Shown here: in pieces, positions 42,415 through 52,929 of the stretch
Numbering within the stretch: position 1 is the stretch's first letter
Layout: every line of letters starts with the position of its first letter
IMG/VR virus record: IMGVR_UViG_3300010340_001122
DNA length: 64,000 bases
DNA from: a virus
Taxonomy: Duplodnaviria > Caudoviricetes
Direction: 5' to 3' (one strand)
Program-made: the position numbers and the translations under genes
The notes under the pieces: generated by a model
Seen by the model: the letters and a program-made list of their open reading frames with translations, nothing else
Database searches by the model: none
What the model was told of the DNA's origin: nothing

Positions 42415-43198
42415 ATAATGTAAATTGTATTAATATTTGTTTATTTTCAGATGATTTATTCATGTCAAATATTTCATTGATATGATATATATCAGGTAAT
42501 TGATTAAGATTATTAATTAATTCTTTAAATTTATTTTTAATTTGGTATAATTCATCTATCATGTTTATTTCAAGTTTATATGATTTTTCTAAAGTTATAT
42601 AATATAATTTTTTAGAACCATTTGTATGCATTAAATTCAATTTACCATCTTTTGCAAAAGATCTACTAACAACAACATCATAACCTTGTTCTCTAAACTC
42701 TGAAAATAACGAATTGAATGAACGAGCTGATTTTTTATGATAAAATGATTTAGATTCTTGGCTATTATCGTCTAATTTAAGATATAGTTTTAAATATCCG
42801 GATCCTCTTTTAAGATCAAATAAGGAATAGTCTTCTATATTGTGTAGAGATTCCATTGCATAAGCATGTATTTTTCTATCATTATCATTATCATTATTCT
42901 TTTTAATATTTACTATAAAACATGGTGTTAGTCCAGATGATGCGTATGCTTCTGTTCTTTCTAAATTTAATTGACCAGGTGGTGTATTAATTGTTAAATC
43001 TTTATGTAACTCATGTTCAAAGTTTTTACCTTTTAGATAAAAATCGATCTCGATATTTACATCTGTTCCATCATGTAGTTCTGCAAATGATTCAAATATA
43101 TCATCTTCATTTAAAAACCAAATAGATTTTATAAATTCCTCATTTCTTGAATATTTTTTCACATATGAGCTTTCAAAAATATGTTTTAAGTTTTTCAT
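42398..43198 (-). CDS. Hypothetical protein (MKNLKHIFES N-terminus)
   Basis: 266-aa ORF. Confidence 0.6.
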   Translation of the reverse strand: MKNLKHIFESSYVKKYSRNEEFIKSIWFLNEDDIFESFAELHDGTDVNIEIDFYLKGKNFEHELHKDLTINTPPGQLNLERTEAYASSGLTPCFIVNIKKNNDNDNDRKIHAYAMESLHNIEDYSLFDLKRGSGYLKLYLKLDDNSQESKSFYHKKSARSFNSLFSEFREQGYDVVVSRSFAKDGKLNLMHTNGSKKLYYITLEKSYKLEINMIDELYQIKNKFKELINNLNQLPDIYHINEIFDMNKSSENKQILIQFTLYVYEK

Positions 43199-43199
43199 T

Positions 43200-43889
43200 T
43201 TATTTAAGTTTTTTATCTAGTATTCTAGCTATATTAGATCCAATTGTAAAATGTATATTTCTAATTGTATCAGCTTCGACTGTTTCAACATCATCCATAA
43301 ATTTAAATTGATATCTATAAGTATCATTTTCTTCTTCATCACTATTTCTGTCAATTTTATAAATTGAGACATCAATTTTATAATTATTATTTACATCAAT
43401 TTCAAAATCAAATGTTACTTTATCACATGGTGTTGTTTTGAATTTTGGTTCATATTTAACATCAAAAATAGAATAGTCTGTAATCTTAGCTCTTCTCATA
43501 TAGTAATTTAAAAACATAGCAGGTGCTTCTATAAAATCGGAAAGAATTTGTATATCTTCCCCAAAATCATTCGATTCAATAATATCTTCTATTTTATTTT
43601 TCATATCAACAACATTATTAAAATCAACCTTATGATAATTACAATTTATATCAAATAAATAAATGAATGAATTATCTATTAGATTTCTTTTTTCTAAATC
43701 AGTTTTAAAAATGAATTTTGTGTGTATAATTAGAGTATCTTCAACTGATAATCCATGTATTGATATTACTAATTTATAGAATTCTTCATCACCAGACATT
43801 TCATACGTTGTTTCAACGGATTGAACTAAACCCTCTTCTTCCTCGAAGATATCTTTAAATGTTTGTTCGATTTCTGCTATTCTTATCAT
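43200..43889 (-). CDS. Hypothetical acidic protein
   Basis: 229-aa ORF. Confidence 0.6.
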   Translation of the reverse strand: MIRIAEIEQTFKDIFEEEEGLVQSVETTYEMSGDEEFYKLVISIHGLSVEDTLIIHTKFIFKTDLEKRNLIDNSFIYLFDINCNYHKVDFNNVVDMKNKIEDIIESNDFGEDIQILSDFIEAPAMFLNYYMRRAKITDYSIFDVKYEPKFKTTPCDKVTFDFEIDVNNNYKIDVSIYKIDRNSDEEENDTYRYQFKFMDDVETVEADTIRNIHFTIGSNIARILDKKLK

Positions 43890-43890
43890 A

Positions 43891-44967
43891 TTAAAAATTT
43901 TCTTTTATTTCTTTTAAGAGCTCTTCAAATGAAGAGAATTTCATATCAGATTCATTTTCACCATCTCCATATGGTCCGCTATGACTCTCTCTTCTTTTAA
44001 CAATTATTTCTTCTATATCACTAAAGTTGATTATCCAATCCTCATGAAAACCTTCGGAATATCCAGAAGCACCATATTGAATTTCTATTATTTGATTATC
44101 TTCATTATACTGATAATTTAAAAATTTTGACCAACTATCATAACTTTCTTCTTCATATTTTTTAGATAAACTATCTAATTCATAAAAAAAATTTAAAAGA
44201 GTATCATCATACCACTCATTAATGGATTCAAATTGTTTATCATAAGAGTATCTTTTAAGTTCCATTATTTTACTAACATATCCATTTCTTCTTAATAGTT
44301 TAAAAACTAAATTACCGATTGAAAACTCACCTCCATCTTCTAATCCAGACTGTCTTTGTTTTTTTATTTTTTTCCAAACCTTATCAATTTTTTCTTTTAA
44401 TTTGGAATATTTATCTTCATCAACTTGTTCTTCGATATCATCAATAGACATCATTATAGATTTAGCTTTTTCAGATATCTCATTTTCATCAGGTATAAAT
44501 TCTATTTTTTCAGGCTTTACATTCCATTTATTTTTCAATAATGAAAAAACACCGCTAGATTTATGTATTTCATCAATACTTTGAATATAAACTTCTACTT
44601 CATATCCTTTGATTCTAATATCATGATTATCATTCCATATTTTTTTAGCACTATCTGTGAATTTTTTAACTAATTCAACATTATCATCAACATCGTTGAA
44701 ATTGATTAAGATATGTAAATCATAATCAGAATATTTTTCAGACCAGTTATAATTTGCTAAAGATCCAGTTAAAATAATATCTTTCACATCAGCTTCTAAT
44801 TCAGTTGAATTGTAGAAATCTTGTGCGATTTGTAATAGTTTTTCTCTCACATCTTCATCAAGTTCAAAACTATCCCAAAGTTTTGGATTTAGTTCATCTT
44901 TTAAATAGAATGATTTAATAGGTTCGAGATCCTTTTCTTGGAATTCTTCAAATTTTTTAAATCTCAT
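43891..44967 (-). CDS. Pol-beta superfamily nucleotidyltransferase (MRFKKFEEF N-terminus)
   Basis: LTGSLANYNW..YSDYDLHI (GS plus DxD) and a third acidic residue in EVEVY. Confidence 0.75.
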   Translation of the reverse strand: MRFKKFEEFQEKDLEPIKSFYLKDELNPKLWDSFELDEDVREKLLQIAQDFYNSTELEADVKDIILTGSLANYNWSEKYSDYDLHILINFNDVDDNVELVKKFTDSAKKIWNDNHDIRIKGYEVEVYIQSIDEIHKSSGVFSLLKNKWNVKPEKIEFIPDENEISEKAKSIMMSIDDIEEQVDEDKYSKLKEKIDKVWKKIKKQRQSGLEDGGEFSIGNLVFKLLRRNGYVSKIMELKRYSYDKQFESINEWYDDTLLNFFYELDSLSKKYEEESYDSWSKFLNYQYNEDNQIIEIQYGASGYSEGFHEDWIINFSDIEEIIVKRRESHSGPYGDGENESDMKFSSFEELLKEIKENF

Positions 44968-45086
44968 TATCGCACTTCATTTTTTTATATATATTAAAAG
45001 TCAGTATTTAAATAATAAAGAATTATTAAACTTTACTATTGATAATAAAAAACAAAACAATAAAAGTGAATTATAATAATATTGAA

Positions 45087-46400
45087 ATGAGTAAATTAAT
45101 CACATTAAACGGACAAGATGATAAAATTTTAGACGATATCTTTAGTAATGATATAATTGTCTATGAAGATGTTCAAGGATCCAAAATCTGGGTAAATTGG
45201 AATGGTAATTCTTTTGTTATAAAGCCTAAGTCTATATCAAGTGAGGCTATCAATCTAATTGATTTAGCTATGCAGAATTATTATAATCCTGCTATAAACT
45301 ATTTTAATACTTTTGATACTAGAATAAAAGGATTAATGCCAAAAAATTGGTGGTTTTGTTTTGAATATTTTCCAGATAATCAACCTGCTAATATTGAATA
45401 TAATCGAGTTCCTAAAAATGGATTAGTATTAGCTTCTATTTGTAAAAATGGAAAATATGAGTATACTGTTGATGAGTTGGTTGAATATGCTAGATTATTC
45501 ACAGTTGATAGTTTACCTGTTATATTTGAGGGAAGGCTTTCAGATTCAATGAAAGAGGCTATAAAATATTTTCTTAACACATCAGAAAATGATCTGGACT
45601 ATGTTTTTGGTGAGAAATCATTCTCATTTTTCTTTTATAAAATATTGAATCCTCAAAGTGAAGGATCATTTTTAATGGGTGATGATTTTCAAAAAAACCT
45701 ACAAAAAATAGTAATTAAGGTAAAGGATAAGAATATAAATTTTGAGATTTTAAATCCTCTTTATCAAAGAGTAAGTTCTGATAACTCTACAGAATTTGTT
45801 GAAGTATATACTTTAATACTTGTTAATTTTTTAAATTTTTGTCAGAGTGTTAATATTGAAGATATAAAAATAAAAGGTGCTAGAAAAGACGAGTCATATA
45901 TTTATTTAATTTGTAAATTGTTCAATATGTATATTGATGATATTGGTGATGATTTGAGAAATTTTGATTTTGTGGTTCCAGAATTTTTTGATAAAGAAAA
46001 ATTTAAAATCAATAGAGAGTTAATTCCTAATAAATTAACTAATGAAATTATTTCAGATTCTGATAAGTTAGAATATGTTTTCAAGGTGATATTGGGATCT
46101 TTTAATAAGAAGAGAAAAAAGCCAATAGGGATTTTTACTGAAAATACTATTATATTATTTAATAATTTCGTTGATAAAATTGATACTATTATTGATAGGT
46201 ATCTGAATAAATTGAGAGAAGTTGAATTAACACAATCTGGTTTGTTATCATTTGAGGATTTTTTTGAAATTCAGTATGATGTTGATGGTTCGGGAGAAGT
46301 TTATCCAGATGTTTATGCTGAGATAGAAAAGACAATGGATGACAAAAGCAAGGGAAAAAAGGGCATCAAACCTGGTATTCAAACAGATGAGAAGAAATAA
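45087..46400 (+). CDS. RNA-ligase-fold-like protein, motif I degenerate
   Basis: YEDVQGS (cf. EKxDGS), FCFEYF, LPVIFEG; start placed at 45087. Confidence 0.45.
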   Translation: MSKLITLNGQDDKILDDIFSNDIIVYEDVQGSKIWVNWNGNSFVIKPKSISSEAINLIDLAMQNYYNPAINYFNTFDTRIKGLMPKNWWFCFEYFPDNQPANIEYNRVPKNGLVLASICKNGKYEYTVDELVEYARLFTVDSLPVIFEGRLSDSMKEAIKYFLNTSENDLDYVFGEKSFSFFFYKILNPQSEGSFLMGDDFQKNLQKIVIKVKDKNINFEILNPLYQRVSSDNSTEFVEVYTLILVNFLNFCQSVNIEDIKIKGARKDESYIYLICKLFNMYIDDIGDDLRNFDFVVPEFFDKEKFKINRELIPNKLTNEIISDSDKLEYVFKVILGSFNKKRKKPIGIFTENTIILFNNFVDKIDTIIDRYLNKLREVELTQSGLLSFEDFFEIQYDVDGSGEVYPDVYAEIEKTMDDKSKGKKGIKPGIQTDEKK

Positions 46401-47466
46401 TTTTTTCTATCTCTTCTTTTTTGGCTCCATATTTTATTATTAAGAGTTTTATATCGTTTGATGTGCAATATTCTTCTTTGATTTTATCTCTCTTTATAAT
46501 TTCATTGTAATAAAATTCTCCACCGAAAAAATCAACAGGTTTATAGTGTTGAAGTCCGTTGAATTCTATGCATAAATTTTTAGATGGAATATAGAAGTCA
46601 AATTTCAATAGTGATTTATATACACAATTGTTAAATTTATGCTCGGTTTTATAATTAATTTTAAATTTATTCAGTATCTCAGTGATTATTTTTTCACCTT
46701 TCGATTGATTGCATTTTTTACACCCTGAGCCTAATAGATGTGTGTGTGCCAGTTGTTGAAACTCTCCGTGTTTTCGACATATGATTGTTCCTTTTGATTT
46801 TCTACCATTGTATTCAAATTTAGAATAGTCATATAAATTACCGTGTATCTCTTCAAACATTTTAATAATTTTGCACTTTTCTATAATTCTTTTTTCAGAG
46901 TCACATTTTTTACAAGGTATTTTCGTTTGAAAATGATTATCGGGTTTTTGTTGAAAGATTCCATGTTTTTTACAGATAATTTTAACTTTTGTCTTATTAT
47001 TCTTATACTCAACAAGTGAATAGTCATAGATATTTCCAAATTTGTCAATTGACTTTTTCACAAATTCTTCTTTGCTTGATTTTATATTATTCTCTACACA
47101 TTTTTGGCAATTTTGTCCTTGTAAGTGGTTATTTGGTTTTTGCTCGAATATACCATGTTCTTTGCATATAATTTTAACTTTAGTTTTATTGTCAATATAA
47201 TTTACTAATGAGTAATCATATTTATTACCGTGTGTTAGTTTAGATTTTATTATAAATTCTGGTGTGTTTGATTTTCTCACACCTGCACACTCAGGACATC
47301 CTTGTTTTTGAATTGTGTGGTTTTTAGGAGTTTGTTCGAACATGCCATGATATTTACAGATAATTTTCACTTTAGTTTTATTGTTTTTATACTCTACTAG
47401 TGAGTAGTCGAATTTATTACCATGTATATTTTTACATTTTTCTAAAAAATTATTTAATTTTTCCAT
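46366..47466 (-). mobile_element. Homing endonuclease with DUF723-like Zn repeats and a C-terminal PD-(D/E)XK domain
   Basis: Four HG.KYDYS.V.Y.NNKTKVKIIC..HG.F.Q repeats; FDFYIP..NLCIEFNG.QHY. Confidence 0.85.
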
Positions 47467-47527
47467 ATTATTATATATTTAAAACAAATAGTTATCCATG
47501 TAATATAATTAAAAAAAAATTTTTTAC

Positions 47528-49303
47528 ATGAATAGTGAAACAACAGTTGAAGATAGGATCAGAGCTTTATTTGATGATAGTGTGTCAAAATTTAGATGTA
47601 CTGATGATAATCTTTCCAAATATTATGTTTTTGATAATCAAATTAGCACAGCTAAGGATATAATTTATAATTTTTATTTAAAAAGGCATAGATGGTGTCT
47701 TCTTTTTGCTGAAATGCAATCTGGTAAATCCGGAACATTTTTTTCTATACCTTATATAATAAGTAGAAATAAAACACTTATTGATAAATTAGGTATAGAT
47801 ATGTCTGATAATGAAATAAATGTATTTCTATTAACGGGCATGAATGAAAAAGAACTAATTTCTCAATTTGAGAAGGACATTGATGGATTTACAGGCATGG
47901 ATATAACAAAAAATGTATTACATAATTCAGAAATGCGTAAGTTTTTATCAAAACCAGAAGATTCATGGAACACAAGTGATAAAACTGTTATAAATAAAAT
48001 GAGAAAAAATAGTTTAATTTTAATAGATGAGTCACACTATGGATCTGATAAAAATCAGGTTTTAGATAAATTTTTGAGAAAAATATTAAATATAAATCCA
48101 AACGGAGATAATACGCCATTAATTGAAAATAATGTATATGTGGTTTCAATTTCAGCCACTCCTATGGCGGAATTTATAAACTCAAATATTTCAGATTTTA
48201 AGAAAAAAATAATTCCTCTTAAAAACTCTAATGGTTATTTCGGAATAGTTGACATGTTTAATGAAAATAGAGTTTTCGATTCTTATGATCTTAAAGATGA
48301 TAAATCCTGTAATTTATTGATAGATAAAATTCTGAATATGTATAAAAATGGATATATTCTTATCAGGTGTACTCAAAAGCAACAAAATAGATTAGTTTAT
48401 CAAATTGGTAAAAGAATGATTTCTGCACTAGATATTATAAATTATGATCAATATTCTAAATCTACCATATTAGACAATATGGGTATTAATGATATTTTAT
48501 CTGAAATTCCCAACAAAAAGACTTTAATTTTTTTAAAAGGATTGTTGAGAGCGGGAAAAAGAGTTAATACACAAAATGTTATTATGGTTCATGATACTTC
48601 GGTGTCTAATGTTGATACGACTGTTCAATCTTTATTGGGTAGATGTTGTGGTTACGGAAAGAATAGAGATATAGATATTTATTGTGATAAAATATCTGCC
48701 AAAAAATATAAGAATTGGGTGCTAAGCGGTTATGATTTGAATCACATTCCTGATAAATCTAAAAATATATTAGGTGACTCAAGTATCTCTATATGTTCTT
48801 ATAGAGATCCTATATTATTTGATGTATCTAATAATAAATTCATTATAGATAATTTAAATATTAGGGCAAAAAGAGGTCAGGCTTTATCTAGAAATATAGA
48901 TATTCTCAAATCTTTGAATTCAGATGATATTAATATTATCATAGATTCTGGAATATTAGGAACTGATTACACTATCGGTACAATTTTTAAAGTTGATATT
49001 ACTAAACACAACAAGTGGATTGAGGGTGGTGATAAATATACCTCATATCAAAAGCAATTTTTAGATGTTTTAAACAATAATATTTTTCTTGGTGATTATA
49101 AACCGGAAGAATCCATATCAAAAATGATATTAAATGGTTTGAGTGAAGAAGACTCCATTAAGCGTGAACTTGGAAAGATAGTTTTTTCTGCTGCTTATGA
49201 TATCGGTCAAAAAAAACTATTAGTTTCATTTGGTAGAGTTATTAAAAATAATATAAAATCTTCTGATAAAAGTATGTATCATTTATCTAATCAATTAGCT
49301 TAA
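47528..49303 (+). CDS. SF2 helicase-like ATPase
   Basis: Walker A MQSGKSG, DESH, SATP, QSLLGR. Confidence 0.75.
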   Translation: MNSETTVEDRIRALFDDSVSKFRCTDDNLSKYYVFDNQISTAKDIIYNFYLKRHRWCLLFAEMQSGKSGTFFSIPYIISRNKTLIDKLGIDMSDNEINVFLLTGMNEKELISQFEKDIDGFTGMDITKNVLHNSEMRKFLSKPEDSWNTSDKTVINKMRKNSLILIDESHYGSDKNQVLDKFLRKILNINPNGDNTPLIENNVYVVSISATPMAEFINSNISDFKKKIIPLKNSNGYFGIVDMFNENRVFDSYDLKDDKSCNLLIDKILNMYKNGYILIRCTQKQQNRLVYQIGKRMISALDIINYDQYSKSTILDNMGINDILSEIPNKKTLIFLKGLLRAGKRVNTQNVIMVHDTSVSNVDTTVQSLLGRCCGYGKNRDIDIYCDKISAKKYKNWVLSGYDLNHIPDKSKNILGDSSISICSYRDPILFDVSNNKFIIDNLNIRAKRGQALSRNIDILKSLNSDDINIIIDSGILGTDYTIGTIFKVDITKHNKWIEGGDKYTSYQKQFLDVLNNNIFLGDYKPEESISKMILNGLSEEDSIKRELGKIVFSAAYDIGQKKLLVSFGRVIKNNIKSSDKSMYHLSNQLA

Positions 49304-49356
49304 TATTATAATATATAAAAGAACTTAAATTTACAAAAACAATAAAATTAAAAACA

Positions 49357-49920
49357 ATGAAAAAACTACTACTATTAATTATCATTATGTCATTGTTTAC
49401 TTCTTGTGAACAGAATGAATTGGAAGATTTAGAACCTTTTCAACAACAAGAGCAACCAACAGAACCAATTTCTATGAATGATTCAATATATTATATGACT
49501 AATTATAGAGATAAATACATTGGGACATGGAAGCACCAGCTAGAAATAGCAAACAATAATGGTGATGGCACGGTGATTATTAAACACCAGTCTTATGAAA
49601 ATAAAATTATATTAAAAGATTTTTATGATGAATATCTTGGATCTAATAGTGTAGATTTAATTTTGGAAATAACTCCATATTGGTACGATAGTTTAAATTA
49701 TTATGATCAAATTTATATACCAGACCAAACATTTATTTTATCGTGGAATCAACCATATACATTAACTATAAGTGGATCTGGCTCATGTTTTCCACCTAGT
49801 CCAGGTATTGGAATTGATACAACATTATTTATTTTAAATATGTATCTTGATTATGGTGGTCCATTTGTACCTGGATTTAATGATGGTCAGAGACAATTTT
49901 TCTTTAAGAAAATAGAATGA
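49357..49920 (+). CDS. Lipoprotein
   Basis: MKKLLLLIIIMSLFTS-C signal II/lipobox followed by acidic residues. Confidence 0.75.
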   Translation: MKKLLLLIIIMSLFTSCEQNELEDLEPFQQQEQPTEPISMNDSIYYMTNYRDKYIGTWKHQLEIANNNGDGTVIIKHQSYENKIILKDFYDEYLGSNSVDLILEITPYWYDSLNYYDQIYIPDQTFILSWNQPYTLTISGSGSCFPPSPGIGIDTTLFILNMYLDYGGPFVPGFNDGQRQFFFKKIE

Positions 49921-50050
49921 GACACCGAAAGAGACTCCTGTCGAATGAATTGTGAATTTTAAATTAGTACGCTTAAATCTGACTAAGAAAAAAGATGGAA
50001 AATTTACTTCTAAAAAATAATCTATTATGTGATTATTTAATATAATCTAT

Positions 50051-51280
50051 ATGATTATTGATAAAATAGTGTCCGAAAATAAAATAGTGTTACCACATAA
50101 TAAAGAATATAGTTTGCAGTTTTTACCAGAAAAATTACTTACTATTTCGGAAGTTAAAAATCTAACTTTCAATGGTGAGAAGCTAAAAACATCTTATATA
50201 ATTGATATAGTTCATAATTTACTATTAAAGTATTATTTCAGAAAAGAAAACAAATTCCATCTATCTTCTCTTATTCTAAAAGAGAGATATGGTTACTTAT
50301 ATAACTATTATATTAACTATTTAAAAAATGAGAACATTATTATTTTAAAACGAAATCATCTAAAAGGATCAAATGCCAGAGTTTATTCTCTAAATGAGAA
50401 TATCTTCACCGGAAAGATATATCGATATAAAAATTATGATAAAGTTTTATTAAAAAAGTATCTTAATAAGCATGTTAAGTATGAAATAGATAATAATACA
50501 ATAATTGATTCTAATATTAAAAAGAAGTTAATATCTGATTTATATAGTGTTAATATACAATATGATAGGTCCATATTTTACTTAGACTCATTGAAAAATG
50601 AAGACACTGATATTTATCAACGAAATAAGTACTCAGTTGAGTCTATAAATGATAAACATATCTTCTATCACTTTGATACGTATGGTAGAATGCATACAAA
50701 TTTTACAATTCTTAAATCCTTTATTCGTAAGAATTGTCTTTTAATAGATGGTGAAGAAACTTGTGAAATTGATATTAATAATAGTCAGCCTTTATTTCTA
50801 TGTAAGTTGATTCAAGATTCTGATTCAAGATGGGTTAAAAATGATGAGTTTAATCTTTTTTCAATTTTGGTTAAAGGAGGTAATTATTATCAATATTTAA
50901 TTGATAATTTAAAACTTGATTGTAAATCAGAAGCTAAAAAAATAACATATAAGGTTTTATTTGGTCAAAATAGAGTAAATTCTAAACCTGATAAATTATT
51001 TCAATCTTTATTTCCCAGTATTCATAATTTTATAAAATTATATAAAAAGGAAAATTCTGATTATAAGATACTTGCCTATGATTTGCAGAAAGCAGAGTCT
51101 AATTTAATATTTAACTGTGTAATAAGACGTATTATGGATCTAAACCTAGATATAAAAGTTATTACAGTGCATGATTCTATAATATTTCAAAAAAAATGGA
51201 AAGAAACAGTATCAAATATTTTTTTTAATGAAATTTTTGAACATTTTGATAATAGTTTTCAAAATCAATCTAATATATAA
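50051..51280 (+). CDS. Family A polymerase-like protein without exonuclease domains
   Basis: YGRMHT, EIDINNSQP (motif A), AKKITYKVLFG (motif B), LQKAES, VHDS (motif C). Confidence 0.65.
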   Translation: MIIDKIVSENKIVLPHNKEYSLQFLPEKLLTISEVKNLTFNGEKLKTSYIIDIVHNLLLKYYFRKENKFHLSSLILKERYGYLYNYYINYLKNENIIILKRNHLKGSNARVYSLNENIFTGKIYRYKNYDKVLLKKYLNKHVKYEIDNNTIIDSNIKKKLISDLYSVNIQYDRSIFYLDSLKNEDTDIYQRNKYSVESINDKHIFYHFDTYGRMHTNFTILKSFIRKNCLLIDGEETCEIDINNSQPLFLCKLIQDSDSRWVKNDEFNLFSILVKGGNYYQYLIDNLKLDCKSEAKKITYKVLFGQNRVNSKPDKLFQSLFPSIHNFIKLYKKENSDYKILAYDLQKAESNLIFNCVIRRIMDLNLDIKVITVHDSIIFQKKWKETVSNIFFNEIFEHFDNSFQNQSNI

Positions 51281-51283
51281 TTT

Positions 51284-51439
51284 ATGAGAACATATTATTT
51301 AAAGCAAAATTATGATGATAATGATATAATTTTAAAATTTAATTGTTATGAATATGATCAAGCTTGTGATTATTTCTCCGTAATTAAAAACCTATCAATT
51401 TACGATTTATTAAAAATTTATGTGGTTGTTTTAAGTTAA
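51284..51439 (+). CDS. Small hypothetical protein (51 aa, not in ORF track)
   Basis: MRTYYLKQ...ACDYFSVIKNLSIYDLLKIYVVVLS; TAATATATA motif upstream; fills the gap. Confidence 0.5.
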   Translation: MRTYYLKQNYDDNDIILKFNCYEYDQACDYFSVIKNLSIYDLLKIYVVVLS

Positions 51440-51449
51440 TATATAGATT

Positions 51450-51986
51450 ATGTTAGATCTAAAAAGTCCTCAAATATCTTATGTTTTATTATCATCTGAT
51501 AATATTAGAAGTTTGACTTCATATTTATATTCGAGAGAGTATTATTTACTTGATATTAAAGGATATTATGAGGGAAAATTTGAGGATTCAATACTGGCTT
51601 TTAATTCTTTAGATCATAATCAATTAAGAAATGATTGTCTTCATATAATGGACCATTTTGATCAAGATTATGTTATAGTTAAGTATAAAGATGAATCAGT
51701 TCCTAAAAAACTATTTAAAGATGGACAAGAAAGACAACTCGGTATTTTAATGTATAATACAGATTCTAATAATAAGTCTTATATACATGAAGGACTTTCA
51801 TTTTCTTTTGTTGATAAACAATTATATTATTTTCCAAAAAAGAAAGAGGATTTTAAGCAAGGAATGATTGTTGAATGTTTTTCAAATAATAAATGGATAG
51901 AAAGACGTGTGGCTAATGTTGATATTGAGTTTGAAAAAATGTATAATCTTTTAATGAAATATGATAAAATACGAATATCTATATGA
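51450..51986 (+). CDS. Hypothetical protein
   Basis: 178-aa ORF with late motif upstream. Confidence 0.6.
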   Translation: MLDLKSPQISYVLLSSDNIRSLTSYLYSREYYLLDIKGYYEGKFEDSILAFNSLDHNQLRNDCLHIMDHFDQDYVIVKYKDESVPKKLFKDGQERQLGILMYNTDSNNKSYIHEGLSFSFVDKQLYYFPKKKEDFKQGMIVECFSNNKWIERRVANVDIEFEKMYNLLMKYDKIRISI

Positions 51987-52927
51987 TTTTTATCAAAACA
52001 TTTGAAAATATAAATGTTAATAAAGAAAATTTCATTAAAAAATCAAATATTATCCATAATAATAAATATGATTATTCAAAGGTAGAGTATTTGAACGCTA
52101 GAACACCTGTTAAAATAATCTGTCCTGTGCATGGTGAATTTTTACAATTGCCTTATAATCATTCCCTTGGAAAGGGATGTAAATTTTGTGCAATACATTT
52201 AAATAGTGATAAATTGAAAAAGAGCAAGGATCAATTTATCAGAGATGCTATTAAAGTTCATGGTGATAAATACTCTTATAAAAATTCTCAATATATTAAT
52301 GATTCTTCAAGAATGGAAATAGAGTGTCCTTTACATGGAACATTTTCACAAGTTGCTAATAAACACTTACAAGGTAATGGTTGTCCAGATTGTAAAATTC
52401 AAAAAACAAAAGAAACTAATACAAATAAACATTCGTTATTATTTCCAAAAAAATCTAGTGATATTCATAATAATTATTATGATTATTCTAAAGTAAATTA
52501 TAAAAATTCTAGAACACCTGTTGAAATTATCTGTCCAAAACATGGATCTTTTATTACTATGCCTTATAACCATCTTCTTGGTAGAGGATGTCCAGTCTGT
52601 TCACAATCATATGGTGAAAAAAAAGTAGAAAAATTTTTACTAAGTAAAAAAGTTAGTTATGTGAGACAAAAAAAGTTCACCGATTGTCGAAATAAATCTC
52701 CTCTATCATTTGATTTTTGGATAGAATCTGAGAATATTTTAATTGAATTTGATGGACAACAGCATTATAAAGCATTTGGTTATAGTGGTGGTGTTGATAA
52801 ATTGGAATATACCAAATTATGCGACAATATTAAAAATAAATATTGTATTGAAAATAGAATCAATTTAATTAGAATTCCATATTGGAAATATAATGAAATT
52901 GATTCTATTCTTTCTCAATATTTTTAA
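51983..52927 (+). mobile_element. Homing endonuclease with DUF723-like repeats (MIFIKTFEN N-terminus)
   Basis: Three H..KY.YS...IICP.HG.F repeats; FDFW...IEFDGQQHY; same family as 46366-47466. Confidence 0.85.
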
Positions 52928-52929
52928 AT

